A DNA stretch of 64,000 bases from Catajapyx aquilonaris (Eukaryota). The notes under the pieces are model-generated. The model was not told the origin of the DNA. It did not search any database and was given only the letters and a program-made list of their open reading frames with translations. Below, piece after piece: positions 1-11,810 of this stretch. Position 1 is the first letter of the stretch. Each line of letters opens with the position of its first letter. The stretch lies in the NCBI GenBank assembly GCA_000934665.2, contig KZ538317.1:1-64000 (forward strand), given 5' to 3'. The position numbers and the translations under genes were made by a program.

Positions 1-250
1 AGCCATCAGCAAAACACGTTGGCCAAACAACTGGCCAAAAAGTGGCGACGCTTGGAAACCGTTTTTTCCACTCTTCCTAGTATAAGCTCTTTGCCCCCAG
101 CCTTCTTTCATAATATGTTGAAACTCGTTTTCCGCAGTTCTTTGATATCTGTTATATCTGAATTCAACTGTACTTGTACTGTACAGTACATTGGCTCTGA
201 AGGGAATGTGAAGGGACCGACCAGGACTGATCTTCCTACTTGCTTATAAC

Positions 251-1023
251 TAGAGTCTGGAGTTTTAGGCACGAAAAATCCGTCAAATAGCCACAAAAAT
301 TTTACTTTTGCGGACGTATGAAGGATAATGATGCAGAAAATGAAAAAAGTAAAATAATTTTATACGCCTAAAGCATAAATATAATAAATAATAAGGTGAC
401 AAACCAGAGCAAAAACCGAATAACGATAAACTGACAGGAAATCACAAAACTTGGGCATAACGGTAATACACAAAGTGCAGGCAAGTATCACTTGCTCTGG
501 ACTCGACCACTCTCCACTAGCACAATATGTTGCTAAATATTTGTCTAAATTTTCCTATGATTGGAACAACCAGAGGAAAATTTAGAGAAATATTTGGCAT
601 ATGCATCATGGCAACATGATTCGTATTACTGCTGAATGATATTGGTCCTTTCAGGATGCACAAAAAATACTCCGGGAAAAACCAAACATGCCTCTGAGTA
701 ATATAGGTTCGGAATAGGTCCAAAAAGTCATGAAATTGCTTCAAAATGTTCAAAAACTATCTCAAAAGAGGCCAAATAGGCATGAAGTCGCAAAAAGCCA
801 AAATAGGCAAAATAGTTCCCAAAACCACGAAATAGGTAATTTTAGGCACTATAAAACCGACATTTCCTACATCCTGTATTTATGAAATGGATAGATGATG
901 AGATAGACCTATAAGATTATTCTGCCTTTTTCATTTTCTGTCACGTTATCCTCCATACACCCGCAAAAGTAAAATTTCTGTGCCTATTTCAGGGGTTTTT
1001 CATGCCTAAAAATCCACACTCTA
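251..1023. mobile_element. Non-autonomous DNA transposon with ~30-bp terminal inverted repeats
   Basis: Left end TAGAGTCTGGAGTTTTAGGCACGAAAAATCC matches the reverse complement of the right end (TAGAGTGTGGATTTTTAGGCATGAAAAACCC). No clear TSD and no coding capacity. Confidence 0.6.
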
Positions 1024-1192
1024 GTTACATGATGAACAGAAACTAGTTGCCACCTTGTACTGTACTTTCAGTCATTCAGGTGTAGTTGATAAGGAAAAGC
1101 AGTAAAGCTGTAATCTCATTATCAAACCACCAACAGCACCAAACATTTAGGTTAAAATATCAAACAGATTTTTTAACGAAATGCGCAAAAAT

Positions 1193-1304
1193 GCATGGGT
1201 GGAATTTTCGTCCCACTGATGTTACTGCCAACTTAGCAGTACCACTGCCAACACTGTGGTATACTGCTAAGTAACTGGCAGTGGGACGAAAATTCCACAC
1301 CATG
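1193..1304. repeat. Short palindromic MITE-like element
   Basis: CATGGGTGGAATTTTCGTCCCACTG ... CAGTGGGACGAAAATTCCACACCATG, with an inner inverted pair ACTTAGCAGT/ACTGCTAAGT. Confidence 0.6.
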
Positions 1305-1439
1305 TCATTAGAACACTAATTACGAGCATGAGAATGAGCACCAGTCATTGACCATGAGGACCTTTATTTACATTTGCACCCCAAGAACCACAACGACCAT
1401 AAAGACAGGTGTGAACCCGAGCTTTTCAGCGGTGGATTC

Positions 1440-2229
1440 CTTTCCGTACATGCCCAGCTGAGCGCCGCCATTTCGCCAAATATACGTCACTTCCTTTCTC
1501 TCCCCCCCCCTCTTTTTTCCTCCAGGCTCCCCCCTCCCCTCCCCGATTCCACCCTTTCCTCCCTCTCCTCCACCCCCCCCCCCCCNTCGCAGCCAGTTCC
1601 GTGCTTGTCTGGTGGATCTGCAGGCTGGCAGACAGTGACCGGGTGAGTCGTACTAACAGGACGGTACGGCAGGGAACGTACCCTTTATTCGTGTGGAAGG
1701 TGGGATCCTCGCACGCGCAAGGATCTCCCCTGACTACAAAATTCCATTTAGGGTGGGAGGAGGAGGGGGGGGGGTAGAACGAGAGAGAGAGAGAGAGAGA
1801 AAAAAAAAATGTATGGGAGGGGGAAGCGGAGATGCAGCGCGGGTTTGCGAATCCAGCTCGAGGCAGCGGACATGTTTGGTTCAATTCGAACACCACCCGA
1901 GTGTACCCGGAATGTGTTGTAATCCCCACATTGCATGCACGCCCTGTACAGCCTGCAAAATGATATATCGCGATAGTAATCGACCCTTGTTTTGCTGTTC
2001 TCATTGCAGATTGTTCCACATGCGAAGGCCCGCCGGACTCAAGATGGCGGCGCCCGTCGCGTAGCCCGCTGAGACAGTTCCGAACCCCGGCTCTTGTCAT
2101 TGGAGGGGAGAGGGGGGGCGGGGGGAGGGGACAAAAAAAAGGGTAGAAAAAAAAGTCGCGAAAAAAAGAGGGTGGCAAAAAAAAATATTCTAAGGCTCCG
2201 AAGAGAGCTGGTGTCCGAAAGGAAACATC
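1440..2229. promoter_or_regulatory. CpG-rich promoter/5' leader region of the Pur gene, possibly bidirectional
   Basis: CpG-rich patch with YY1/Pho-type motifs CGCCATTT (1466-1473) and AAGATGGCGGC (2041-2051), ACGTCACTTCC (1484-1494), long C and G tracts, and a strong donor G|GTGAGT at 1643 suggesting a non-coding first exon. Confidence 0.55.
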
Positions 2230-2272
2230 ATGTCTGACCGTGAGAGTGGAGATGACCAGCCTCAGGCGCAAA
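2230..2272 (+). CDS. Pur-alpha: Pur-alpha-family protein, first coding exon (MSDRESGDDQPQAQ)
   Basis: acatcATG start; 14 codons + 1 nt, then donor GTACGT (phase 1), matching the phase-1 acceptor at 49939. The MSDRES..DDQPQ start resembles arthropod Pur-alpha N-termini as I recall them. Confidence 0.8.
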
Positions 2273-4296
2273 GTACGTTTTCGTTTGGTGGCCCGGGAGA
2301 ATAAGAGTGTGTGTGAGAGTGAGTGAGTATGAGTGTGAGAGAAGGGTTGGGTTCAGAATAGGGGATTTCAATGGTAGTGTATGTGGTGGGGAGGGGGCCT
2401 TGCAACATAAGGGAATGTGAGGATGTGTGTGTGTGTTAGACCAGGGGCGTTTTCTCTGTGACTTTGGCCCTGGCCACGTAACCTGCCACTTTACTACTGC
2501 AGGCAGGCTGGATGGGACATGCTGCGCTGTTGCGGAGCATTTCTTGTCCGGTTTTCAGCCATGTTTTGCTTCTTAGCTGTCGCTGTCAAGTGTGCTGCTT
2601 GCAAGGGTTTCTTGTTTAGTTCTTAGCATGTTTGAACGGGATCGTTGCTTTGCCCCCTCAAATCTGTAACAGAATAGTGGTCGCGCAGTTGTTTTGAGCC
2701 GTAGTGTCACTTTGCAGAGAGGAGTCGGGGTGATGTGAAGGACATTTGGTGTGACGATCGGTGTGGTCCGTCGGTGATGTCCGACATGCGTAGTGACGAT
2801 TCACAGGATGAGGATAAAGCTGCAGGTATTGTTTGAAATGGGGTGGGTGAAGGGTGGTGGGATGTATGAAGTGAAGGTGTCTTGAATCACAGAGCATGGA
2901 TCAAATGAACATCGAGTATGCAGTGATCCCAAGTGGTGACAGTGCATTATGAAGCCTAGCTTATTTGTCACCCTGTAGTCACATTGGATCACCTGGTGTT
3001 TTAAATTATGACTGCTGTTCATGTGGAAGTAGCGTTTAGGTGTGATCCTCCCCATTTGTACTGTACCAATATGGTGGTTAGGGCTAGCCCTAGTGTCAAG
3101 GACCAGATGATGCCTTTGAAGAGGCGGTGTGGGGGTGGTGTTAGCCAGGTTGATGAAACAATGGCTGGCTGTGGCCCTAGCCTAGAGGTACAGGGCTCCG
3201 CTGCTTTGGCAGGTGGAGAGGGAGGGCATGAGAATGCATCTGCAATGCTAGTTGACCCATGCATCATTTAAACAATGCCCTGAAACCTTTCCTGCAATGC
3301 TGAAAGAGTGAGATTTGTAATGTGTGATGTTAATTCTTTCCTGGTTATTATCCAATGTAATTAGAGATACTTGTAAGTGATGGGAGTGTGACCATTAATG
3401 AATAGCCTCAAGTGTTGCTATTCCATATATGTTGTAGGTGTCGCAGAAGACAAAGTGAAGCATTACGTAATAGTTGATATTCACATTCAAATTCCATATT
3501 CTAAGCTACAGAGAATCCCAAGTACATTATTATTGTAAGATTGAGGGTACAAGTGAGTTAATACTGTGTGAGAAAATCAGTGACATGGAGGTTTAGTTTG
3601 TCCATCCATCATGTTGCACTTTGACATGTAATAAATGTTAGAATCTCGACATGGGAGAGTCGTGAAATTTTACCAGAAGTAATTAGAATATTATTTTATA
3701 GAACCATAGGCCCTGCATGTGAAGGCTGCAGGACTTGTTTCAAATAACTAGGTTGGCTATTAAGCACATTATTGTGCCAATCAATTCTGGTTGGGTAGGA
3801 AAATGAGCTAGTGGAAAATATGAAAATTAGTGAAATGAATTGTGTGGAAGGCCTGTAAGCTTATTCAAAGGGCACAATATAAATTTTTTTCTGTAGTGTA
3901 GCGAAGGTTGCAAGATGACTGAACTATTCATTTGAGTGATGAGGTTGGGAAGGGGATTTGCAACTAGTATTGAGTGATATTGTGACAAAATAGGAGCCTG
4001 AGAGTTTATAGCCAGGAGGCTCTGGTTTATCTTAATTCTAGTTTACAGTGATAAAGCATATTCCTAGTAGCCTGACAGGATTTGTTTATAATACTTCAAA
4101 GTAGTGTAGGGTAAGATAAGTCATCAGTGAAGCAATTTATGTACGTGGTGGTGGTTAAGGGGAAATTCATGGATACTTTTGTATGTCTCTTACAAATAGT
4201 AATTGGCTGAACTTTGTAAGACAGCCTGCCATCATAACTGTTAATTATGTGAAGAAGCACTGGCTTTATATTTGATAATTATTCCTAAATTAAGAT

Positions 4297-4550
4297 GGCA
4301 CGATGGTGTAGTGGTTATCACCACAGCCTTCCACCTCTGAGGTCCCGAGTTCGATCCCCGGGTCTGACAGAGGACACTTATGGAAAGAGTTTCGATGGGT
4401 TCTCTCCGTATTCGCGTTGCTTTTCTCGGGGCTCTCCCATTTCCTCCCACTATCAATACCCATCACATGACAGGCAGTCAATAAAGACAGTCTATTAAAA
4501 GATGATCCCCTAAGAGGCCCAAGGAGGCCTATAATGGGGTATCCATTATA
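4297..4550 (+). mobile_element. tRNA-derived SINE, family A
   Basis: A box TGGTGTAGTGG and B box GAGTTCGATCC. Body and tail (GATGATCCCCTAAGAGGCCCAAG) match the minus-strand copy at 36377-36624. Confidence 0.8.
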
Positions 4551-6410
4551 ACAAATTACTATGCAGGATGTCCCCAGTCTACCGGCGTTACGATACTGAA
4601 AATGACCATAAGTCAGATCCCTGAGGAACATAGCATAAAGATGCTGCTCCAACTTATCCCTTACGTCATGTGTGTTTGTTTACATGCACGGAAGAAGGTA
4701 GTTTCCCACTTATTTATTTAGTATACCGGTACAGTATTTATGTTGAACTTGGTGCGCAGAAGTGATTGAAAGTGAAGGAATAATTATAAATCACCCTGAT
4801 AGAGAGCTCGGGAGCCCGTTCGTAAGTACGGATACCGTAAGTAGGGACTTTCTGTATTTATTCCTATGTTAGACTTAGATATTGCTCGATACATTTACCG
4901 TCAACTGTATTGTAAGGCAAAAATTTTTGCTGATGGTAGGGTGTATGCAGTGTGATTCAGTTCAATGTCTGTAATTAGTGATTCTTGTGGTACAGAACAG
5001 GGGTTATCATATAAGGAATTCCAATAGTTAATTGAGAGGATATCTAGCCTAGTAATAATAGTAATGGTTAAAAATTATGCATCTTTGGGCTCTTAGGGGA
5101 TTCTCTGTTTAATGTTCAACTTGATTCATTAGCTGCACTCTGTGATGTATCCCGAGTTCCATAGGTTGAGTGGAACACATACTAAGACACAACCGTGCTT
5201 TTGTAGCAATTCCAGGCTGCTTCTGTAATTGGTCAAACTCAATCAGGATTTGTTTTAAATAGATTCTCAAAGTAGATGTGGTAGAAACTATAGCTCTAGA
5301 CAAGTGGGTGTTATGTTTGGGCCATGTATTTGGCTGCACAGAAATATTGCCAATATGGATGCATTGAATATTCAGCTGAAGGCAATGCTTTTCAAATACA
5401 ATTCTTCTGCAATGGCATCAGCATGTTACTTGTGGAAATGGGCAGTTTTTCACAAATGGTTGCTACCAACCTATGGCCCCAATTAGCTATTTCAGCACAT
5501 CTCAATGGTGTCTTCACCTCATCACCATACAGTAACATGAGCCACTACTTGAAAGCCCAAATTTTTCAGGCTTATTGTAATTCCTTGTGGATACAAATAC
5601 TTTGCTCTCAATTCTGACTGATGAGCAAGCCTGTCAGCCTGATATTAGTTACTGATATTTTTGATGGCATGGAAATGTAAGATAGAAACTGATTACTAAT
5701 AAGCAGCTTAGTTTTAAAAAAAACTACTAGCTAATGCAGATACTGCCACGGGATGGCATTGCACATGTGGTAATGATTTGCATATTAATTTATGATGAAG
5801 TAACATGGTATTCTGATAATTATGCAATGTGTAAAATTGTAAGGTATAATAATGACATATATTTTATTTCATTGTAATGTATGTTGTACACTTTAATGTA
5901 ATAAAGTATAGCTATAGTGTGATGGTATTGAGCTGGGGTCTTAAGAATTTTTGAGTAGGATATTTATTGGTTTTATTTGATGTGCAGTGTTGAAAACACT
6001 TGCAAGCTTCAAGTTGCAAATTGCATACAAAAATAATACTTAGTCCCATTTTAAAAATGTGATGCTGCAAAGTTATGGAAGTTTTTACTATGAGGCTTTT
6101 CTATTTCTGTACTGGAAATTCAGAAAATGGTATGTTATAATTACGCATACTTATGAAAGTTTTATAAATGCTCTATTATTGCACGAGCTTATGACACACA
6201 TCTTCCCGCCAGTTCCTGTTTAGCATGTTCATCTGGGGATGAATGAAAAATGAATGCATTGCAGTAGTTTTATCTGTGAGACATTTCGAATAACTCACGT
6301 GAAACCTCCTCTGTGTACATTGCATCAACCTGGTTACACCATCTGTGATGTCTTGCTTTGTTGTATGCCTCAGTGGCAGCTGCCTCTGCTTTTGAGATAC
6401 CTTTTAGATA

Positions 6411-7142
6411 CGTGGGTTGATGCAAATGTCATGGTGCATATTTTTAAAAATTCTAAGACAGTAACACATACAGAGATTACCTTTGCTGAGTTTTGAAGCT
6501 CCAATGATTACAATTAGATCTGATATATACACTGTAGATGTAGCCCATATCGCAAGGGGAGCCGGGAAACACTTTTGGAACTGTTGAAAGCTGCATGCAG
6601 GACATTTGACGATGGACAACACAGGAGCTTTCTTTCCAGTGTGGGACAAATCAGAGCACTATGCTTAGGACTCTGAAAGACTAAAAGGTCTCAGGAAGTT
6701 GGCATCCTCACTGGTTCCTCACCATCCCTTTGAGGTGCAAAAGTGCCACCATTTTGCCCTCCCTGGGAACTCGAATCGCTTTGAGGGCGATGTTTTTTTA
6801 AAATGGTTTGTGGTGATGGATGACATATGGCTCCAGTCATAGTGCTATGACTTGTCCCACACTCAAAAGCAAGCTCCTGTCTTGTCCATCAGCGAGTGTC
6901 CTGTATGCAGCATCCAACAGCTCCCAAGTACATCAGGCTTGGGCCTTTTTAGGGCAATAGTGAGGTGGGGGGTCACAATCCCCCTTTGTTTCCAGGCCCC
7001 CCTTGCTATATGAGCGACATCTATACATATCAGATCAAATATTGTAATCACCAGAGCTTCAAAACTCAGCAAAGGTCATCTCTGTATGTGTTACCATTTT
7101 AGAATATTAAAATACGTTCCATGATTTATTAATCAACCCACG
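6411..7142. mobile_element. Tc1/mariner-type non-autonomous element with ~160-bp diverged inverted arms
   Basis: TA|CGTGGGTTGAT ... ATCAACCCACG|TA. Arms share ACATACAGAGATTACCTTTGCTGAGTTTTGAAGCTC and its near reverse complement. Confidence 0.75.
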
Positions 7143-7955
7143 TATATAGCTTCCACTGTGAAGAATTGAAAAGAATGAGTGTTGGTATGGTGTGTGATGC
7201 TCTTTGATGAAAAGTAGTTCACCAGACCATAATAACTCTGTCTTATGGCAATCTGTGTCTCGAGATAATCACAGGACTTTTGAAGGATCGTGTGATTGAT
7301 TTTTTAAAGGCATGAAGTTGGTACAAAAGCAAAATTATGGTACTTTAAATCAGTAGAAATCAAGACCTGTTGCTCTTTGCTCTATTACCAAGGCATTTCA
7401 GTTATTATTTTTGATGGTTCAATTTTATCTTGGATACAAACCAGTCAGTATGTGTGTGAGAGAGAAAGAGAGAGAGTCCATCGAATGATCCCAGTACAAT
7501 ACATACTATGTAATTCTTTCATTAATTGCTGATAATTGTGCTTGACCAAACGTGGATTAAAGCAGGGTAGTGCTTGCTGCTCCCTGAAACTTGAGTTGTA
7601 GTGAGCATGAATGTCAGGGGGGAGGGAATTATTTTGCTGCTCAAGGGAAAAGGAACTGCTGCACTGATGTGGGTGAAAGTTTGTGCACCAGGAAGCCCAC
7701 TTTTCATATAGTTTGCCCAAAGTGGCCTGGGACCTACTACCATGATTAGTCCCATTGTGTGACCTTTGACCATTGCCACTGGCTTGAAAATTGTGCTGGG
7801 CATGCTTTTATGGAGCTCTGGCACTACCATTGGCCAGAGGTGCACCCATGGGTGCACCAACCTCCACTCCATTTCGAGGTTACATGGTCTGCATCACTTG
7901 CGTTGTTTCTTATACGCTGATCCGGTTGATTGACAGTCTGAATATATTATTCAGG

Positions 7956-8082
7956 TGCCCGATTGCACCAACGAAATTACCGATTCGATAGCTCCTAACA
8001 GATTGTTGGCACATATTAAAGGGGCTCCTAACGATCCATTAGGAGCTATCGGATCAGTAATTTCAGTTGGTGCAATCGAGCA
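7956..8082. mobile_element. PIF/Harbinger-like palindromic MITE, copy 1
   Basis: TIR TGCCCGATTGCACCAAC with 3-bp TSD AGG. Homologous to 29132 and 35929, in the opposite orientation. Confidence 0.8.
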
Positions 8083-8730
8083 AGGATGTTAACAAAAGTC
8101 ACAGATCTCCTTTCAAATATTCCAACCCTTCTCCAACACCACGACCTCCAGGTGAGAGTCTAGGGCCACCTAAGTCGGAGAGGTCTTTGGGATAGGAGGC
8201 AAGACTAAGAGAGATACCAGTCTTTCCTCTCTCCTTTTTCCTCTTTGTTTCTCTCACTGTCTGTCTCACCTTTGTGTCTTCATACAGCCAGATAGCCATA
8301 TTTGCTTTGGCTTCTTAATAAATCTAAACCAGGTGACTGGTGGTTTGCTTCTATCCATTTGTATATGTTGGCCATAGTGATAACCCAATGAGTAAGCTAC
8401 ACAGGGTGACCAGACTACTAGTGAGGGCCAATGAGTCACCCCTTTTGACCCATTGGCATTTAGGTCAATTGTTAGACCCACTTGTCAAGGTCTAGACCTC
8501 CTTGCAGTGGTTTCAAGGTATGCACCAATCTGATGTAATGTTACCGGCTAATATGCTTGATAACTTCAAATGTTGCTGATTCCTCTTCCAGGCCGGTNGG
8601 GGGGCATTTGTTTTTGCGAAGTTAGTGTTTGTCGTCTGAGATGGGCAGGGGTGGGGGGTGGGATGGGTTGTTCATAGGTTTATTTTTACAAGTTTTAATT
8701 TAGTTCATATTTTGGGTTAGCTTGTGGCTC

Positions 8731-8798
8731 CCATCATCGCTGACTACCCCTTATAGGGAAATGTCGTGATGGTGATTATGATGAAGATGAAGATGATG
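8731..8798 (+). repeat. 3' tail fragment of a retroposon with (GAT)n end
   Basis: GCTGACTACCCCTTATAGGGAAATGTCGTGATG... recurs at ~36790-36843, followed by (GAT)n. Confidence 0.55.
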
Positions 8799-9222
8799 AA
8801 CTTCAAATGTAGCTATTCCAATTTAAAAATATGGCACTTGTTAGAGCAAAACGATAGCTAACCACTGGGAAATTCAATTGGAAAGGAGGTATGCTTGATA
8901 TTAGTCTCCAATTATGTATTGGTACCATGCAAAATAGTTGAGCAGTTGAAATATATGTGGTTCAAGGATATCATCTGGATGGCTGCTTGATTCCATAAAT
9001 TGGACTGAAAGTAATTCTTCTTGGTGTAAATACATCTGAATTGTTCATTCATTGTTGATGAGACATGTACAGTACTATGTACAGTACGTGTGCCACGAAT
9101 ATATTGAGAGTGCAGGCATACTAAAATTGATACTGGAAGTCATGTGAGAACATTTGAAATGTGACCCACAGTTTATGAAAGGGTGAACAGAGTAATGAAT
9201 GCTTAAGAACATAAATTGAAGC

Positions 9223-9223
<1 letters not shown>

Positions 9224-9273
<50 letters not shown>

Positions 9274-9990
9274 TTGGTTTATTAACCCTCACCCCCTGCG
9301 AGGTTTATACATCAAATTGGGGGGAATCTCACGGAACTTATGGGATTTCGTAATTGCACTTAAGAGGAAGTACAGGTCTGTTGCATAGAAAGGAAGATTG
9401 GCTGTTAAGACAGTATAAAACCGGTTGGGCGGGGCTTTCGGAAATTTAGATAAATACTTCCTTCTAGGTGCGTACCCAAAGGAACAGTCGTATACCAGGT
9501 ATACAAATCCAAATTGGTCGGGGTATTACATAAAGAGCAGTTGTTTTCAAGATGTAATGGGATCCTGTAACCATTTATATATAAATTTTGAGAACAGTTA
9601 CGTAGATTAATAATGAGTCGTTTTGTAGGTAGTGGCAGAGGTGAGGGGAGATAATGCTCCAAGTGAAAATCATCTTTAATTTGTTTATATAGCACATGTG
9701 TGTTAGATTTTGCCAGACTTCGTCTTTTTCGATAGTTGCGTGTATTATCTTCTGAACTAAATCATTTATTAAGCCAGCCTAATTATTTGTTACTTTTTGT
9801 TGCCAACTTTTCCATGATATACCAGCCATAGCAAGAAGAGAATCACAGTTTTTCCTCCAAGGCATGTACGGATTTAGATTTGCATATTTGTAAGCTACGG
9901 CAATTATACTCTCATCAGCTTCTATAGATCTTAATTTCAATAGAAATTTAATGATCAAATAAAAATTTGTAATGTGCCTCGCATCAAGTT
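9224..9990 (-). mobile_element. Degenerate non-LTR retrotransposon (LINE) 3' fragment
   Basis: Minus-strand remnant ...HLEHYL..PLPTKRLIINLR...CSLCN..TNLDLY resembles a LINE ORF2 C-terminal zinc-knuckle region. It is followed by AATAAA and a (TTA)n tail (9224-9273). The 5' boundary is approximate. Confidence 0.6.
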
Positions 9991-10926
9991 ATTTTTTGTT
10001 ATTTTCTCAGAAGCAATGTAGAAGGAATTCTAAAGTAGGAATTGTTGATTGTAAGATATTTACCTTCCTTTACAGACCGTGTACTAAATGGCTGGTTCAA
10101 ATTGAAAATCAATGAGAGAGCATGTTGTGGTAGTCCCTGTGCCACAGGAAGCAAATTGTTGGGTTCAGGTTCACCTCTGAGTTTGATCCCCAGAGCAGAC
10201 AGATATTTGTAGCAAAATATTTGTAGCTTTTCTTTGTGTTCGCAGCACTGGTTTTCATGTTTCATCTCACATTTTACAATGTCCACCATTATTGAGGATA
10301 TTATATAATACAGGCAGGAATTTACAAGCAGATCTTAAAACCTTAAAGCCTGTCAATATATTCAAGGTTCATTACAGACATGTTTCAGCATCTCATCGTT
10401 ATTGCAACAGGAGGAGGAATCAATGTATTGCCTTGGTGTTATCCACATTTCAATCCGCCCAAATTATTTATTTTGCATATAACTTACATGTTGCACACCC
10501 ACTCACATGTGTTCTGTTCTTGTAAGAGCCAATTTCCTCATCACATGCCTGCCATCATAGAAAATGTGGAGCATGATATGTTTAACCTAGCATAATTTTC
10601 GTGTACCGGTAATTATTAATTACCATACTGCAAACAACTTTCATACTACCACTCTGGGGGGAGCTTGCACATGGCAAGACTACTTTTATGAAATGATTGA
10701 TTAGATTTTAATTGATTAGGAAGGAGCCAAAGTAACTGAATATCAATGAAATTGAATTTAGAAGAAAGTCCAAATACCTGCCTCCATGAAGACATGCCCA
10801 TGACATTTTTGTAGTGCCCCCTCTGTGACCTGTACATCTATAAATGCAAATACTGAAGAACAGTAATACGGTAGGGGTGCAGGAGTATGTCAGCAATATT
10901 ATTTGCAACAATTATTTGAGCATATA

Positions 10927-11666
10927 CAAGGTGGGGCAAAAGTCATAGGTGGTTTTAAACTACGCAGCATAGCATATGTAACGAATGATTATATATATAT
11001 TTTTAATTACACTACACAGAGAAAGATATGCAATTTATGGATCAAGGTCCAAAAAAGTCACTGCTTGAAAGCAGCACTGGATATAATTATGTCCACCTTT
11101 GCGGGCAACACATATTCCTGCAAACGCCGGACGAAACCCTTCAGACCGCATTCCAGCATGTCCAGGGGGAATGTTTCTCACGGAGTGTCTTATCTGATCC
11201 TTAAGATCAGCCAATGACTGAGGACGTGTGGCGAACACCAAACTCTTTAGGTACCCTCACAAGAAGAAGTCCGGGGTGGTCAAATCCGGCGACCGCGACG
11301 GCCAAGGAATGCTCCCAAATCTCGAAATGACCCTCCCAGGAAACACTTGACTTTTAATTTGTTCGGTGTTCGCCACACGTCCTCAGTCATTGGCTGATCT
11401 TACGGATCAGATAAGACACTCCGTGAGAAACATTCCCCTGGACATGCTGGAGTGTGTTCTGAAGGGTTTCGTCCGGCGTTTGGAGGAATATGTGTTGCCC
11501 GCAAAGGTGGACATCTATCCGGTGTTGTTTTCAAGAAGTGACTTTTTTGTACCTTGATCCATAAATGGCATATCTTTCCCTGTGTAGTGTAATTTTTTTG
11601 AAATATAATCGTTACTTACGCCATGCTGCGTCGTTTAAACCCGCCCATGACTTTTGCCCCACCTTG
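10927..11666. mobile_element. Fold-back element made of two inverted 3' ends of a Tc1/mariner transposon
   Basis: TIR CAAGGTGGGGCAAAAGTCAT with TA on the left. The minus strand encodes FPGRVISRFGSIPWPSRSPDLTTPDFFL*GYLKSLVFATRPQSLADLKDQIR (transposase C-terminus, SPDL motif). The same C-terminal peptide occurs on + at 11366-11557. Confidence 0.85.
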
Positions 11667-11762
11667 CATTTTAATCTGGAATAAGCCAGAAACTTCATGT
11701 CCCCTCAAGTGTGTACAGTGTTCAAGTTGTATCACAACTAACTTTCTACATTTTATTTTCAG

Positions 11763-11810
11763 GTAAGTCATTTGAACTTGAAGAAAATGGCTGTTGGACG
11801 GGCCAAATGG
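11763..11810 (+). other. Candidate recursive splice site with 48-nt cryptic/cassette exon
   Basis: Branch-like CTAAC (11738-11742), pyrimidine tract, CAG|GTAAGT at 11762/11763, second donor G|GTGAGC at 11811. The exon is stop-free in phase 1 (x-KSFELEENGCWTGQM-G). Confidence 0.6.

Noticed and set aside
1426..2271. 281-aa minus-strand ORF over the promoter
   Set aside because: Non-ATG start, low-complexity translation of homopolymer tracts, contains an N, and is antisense to the Pur first exon.
4297..4370. tRNA gene-like sequences here and at 18580-18652, 23010-23078, 36550-36624, 45715-45790
   Set aside because: They are heads of multi-copy SINEs with bodies, tails and in some cases TSDs. 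I could not support a complete cloverleaf.
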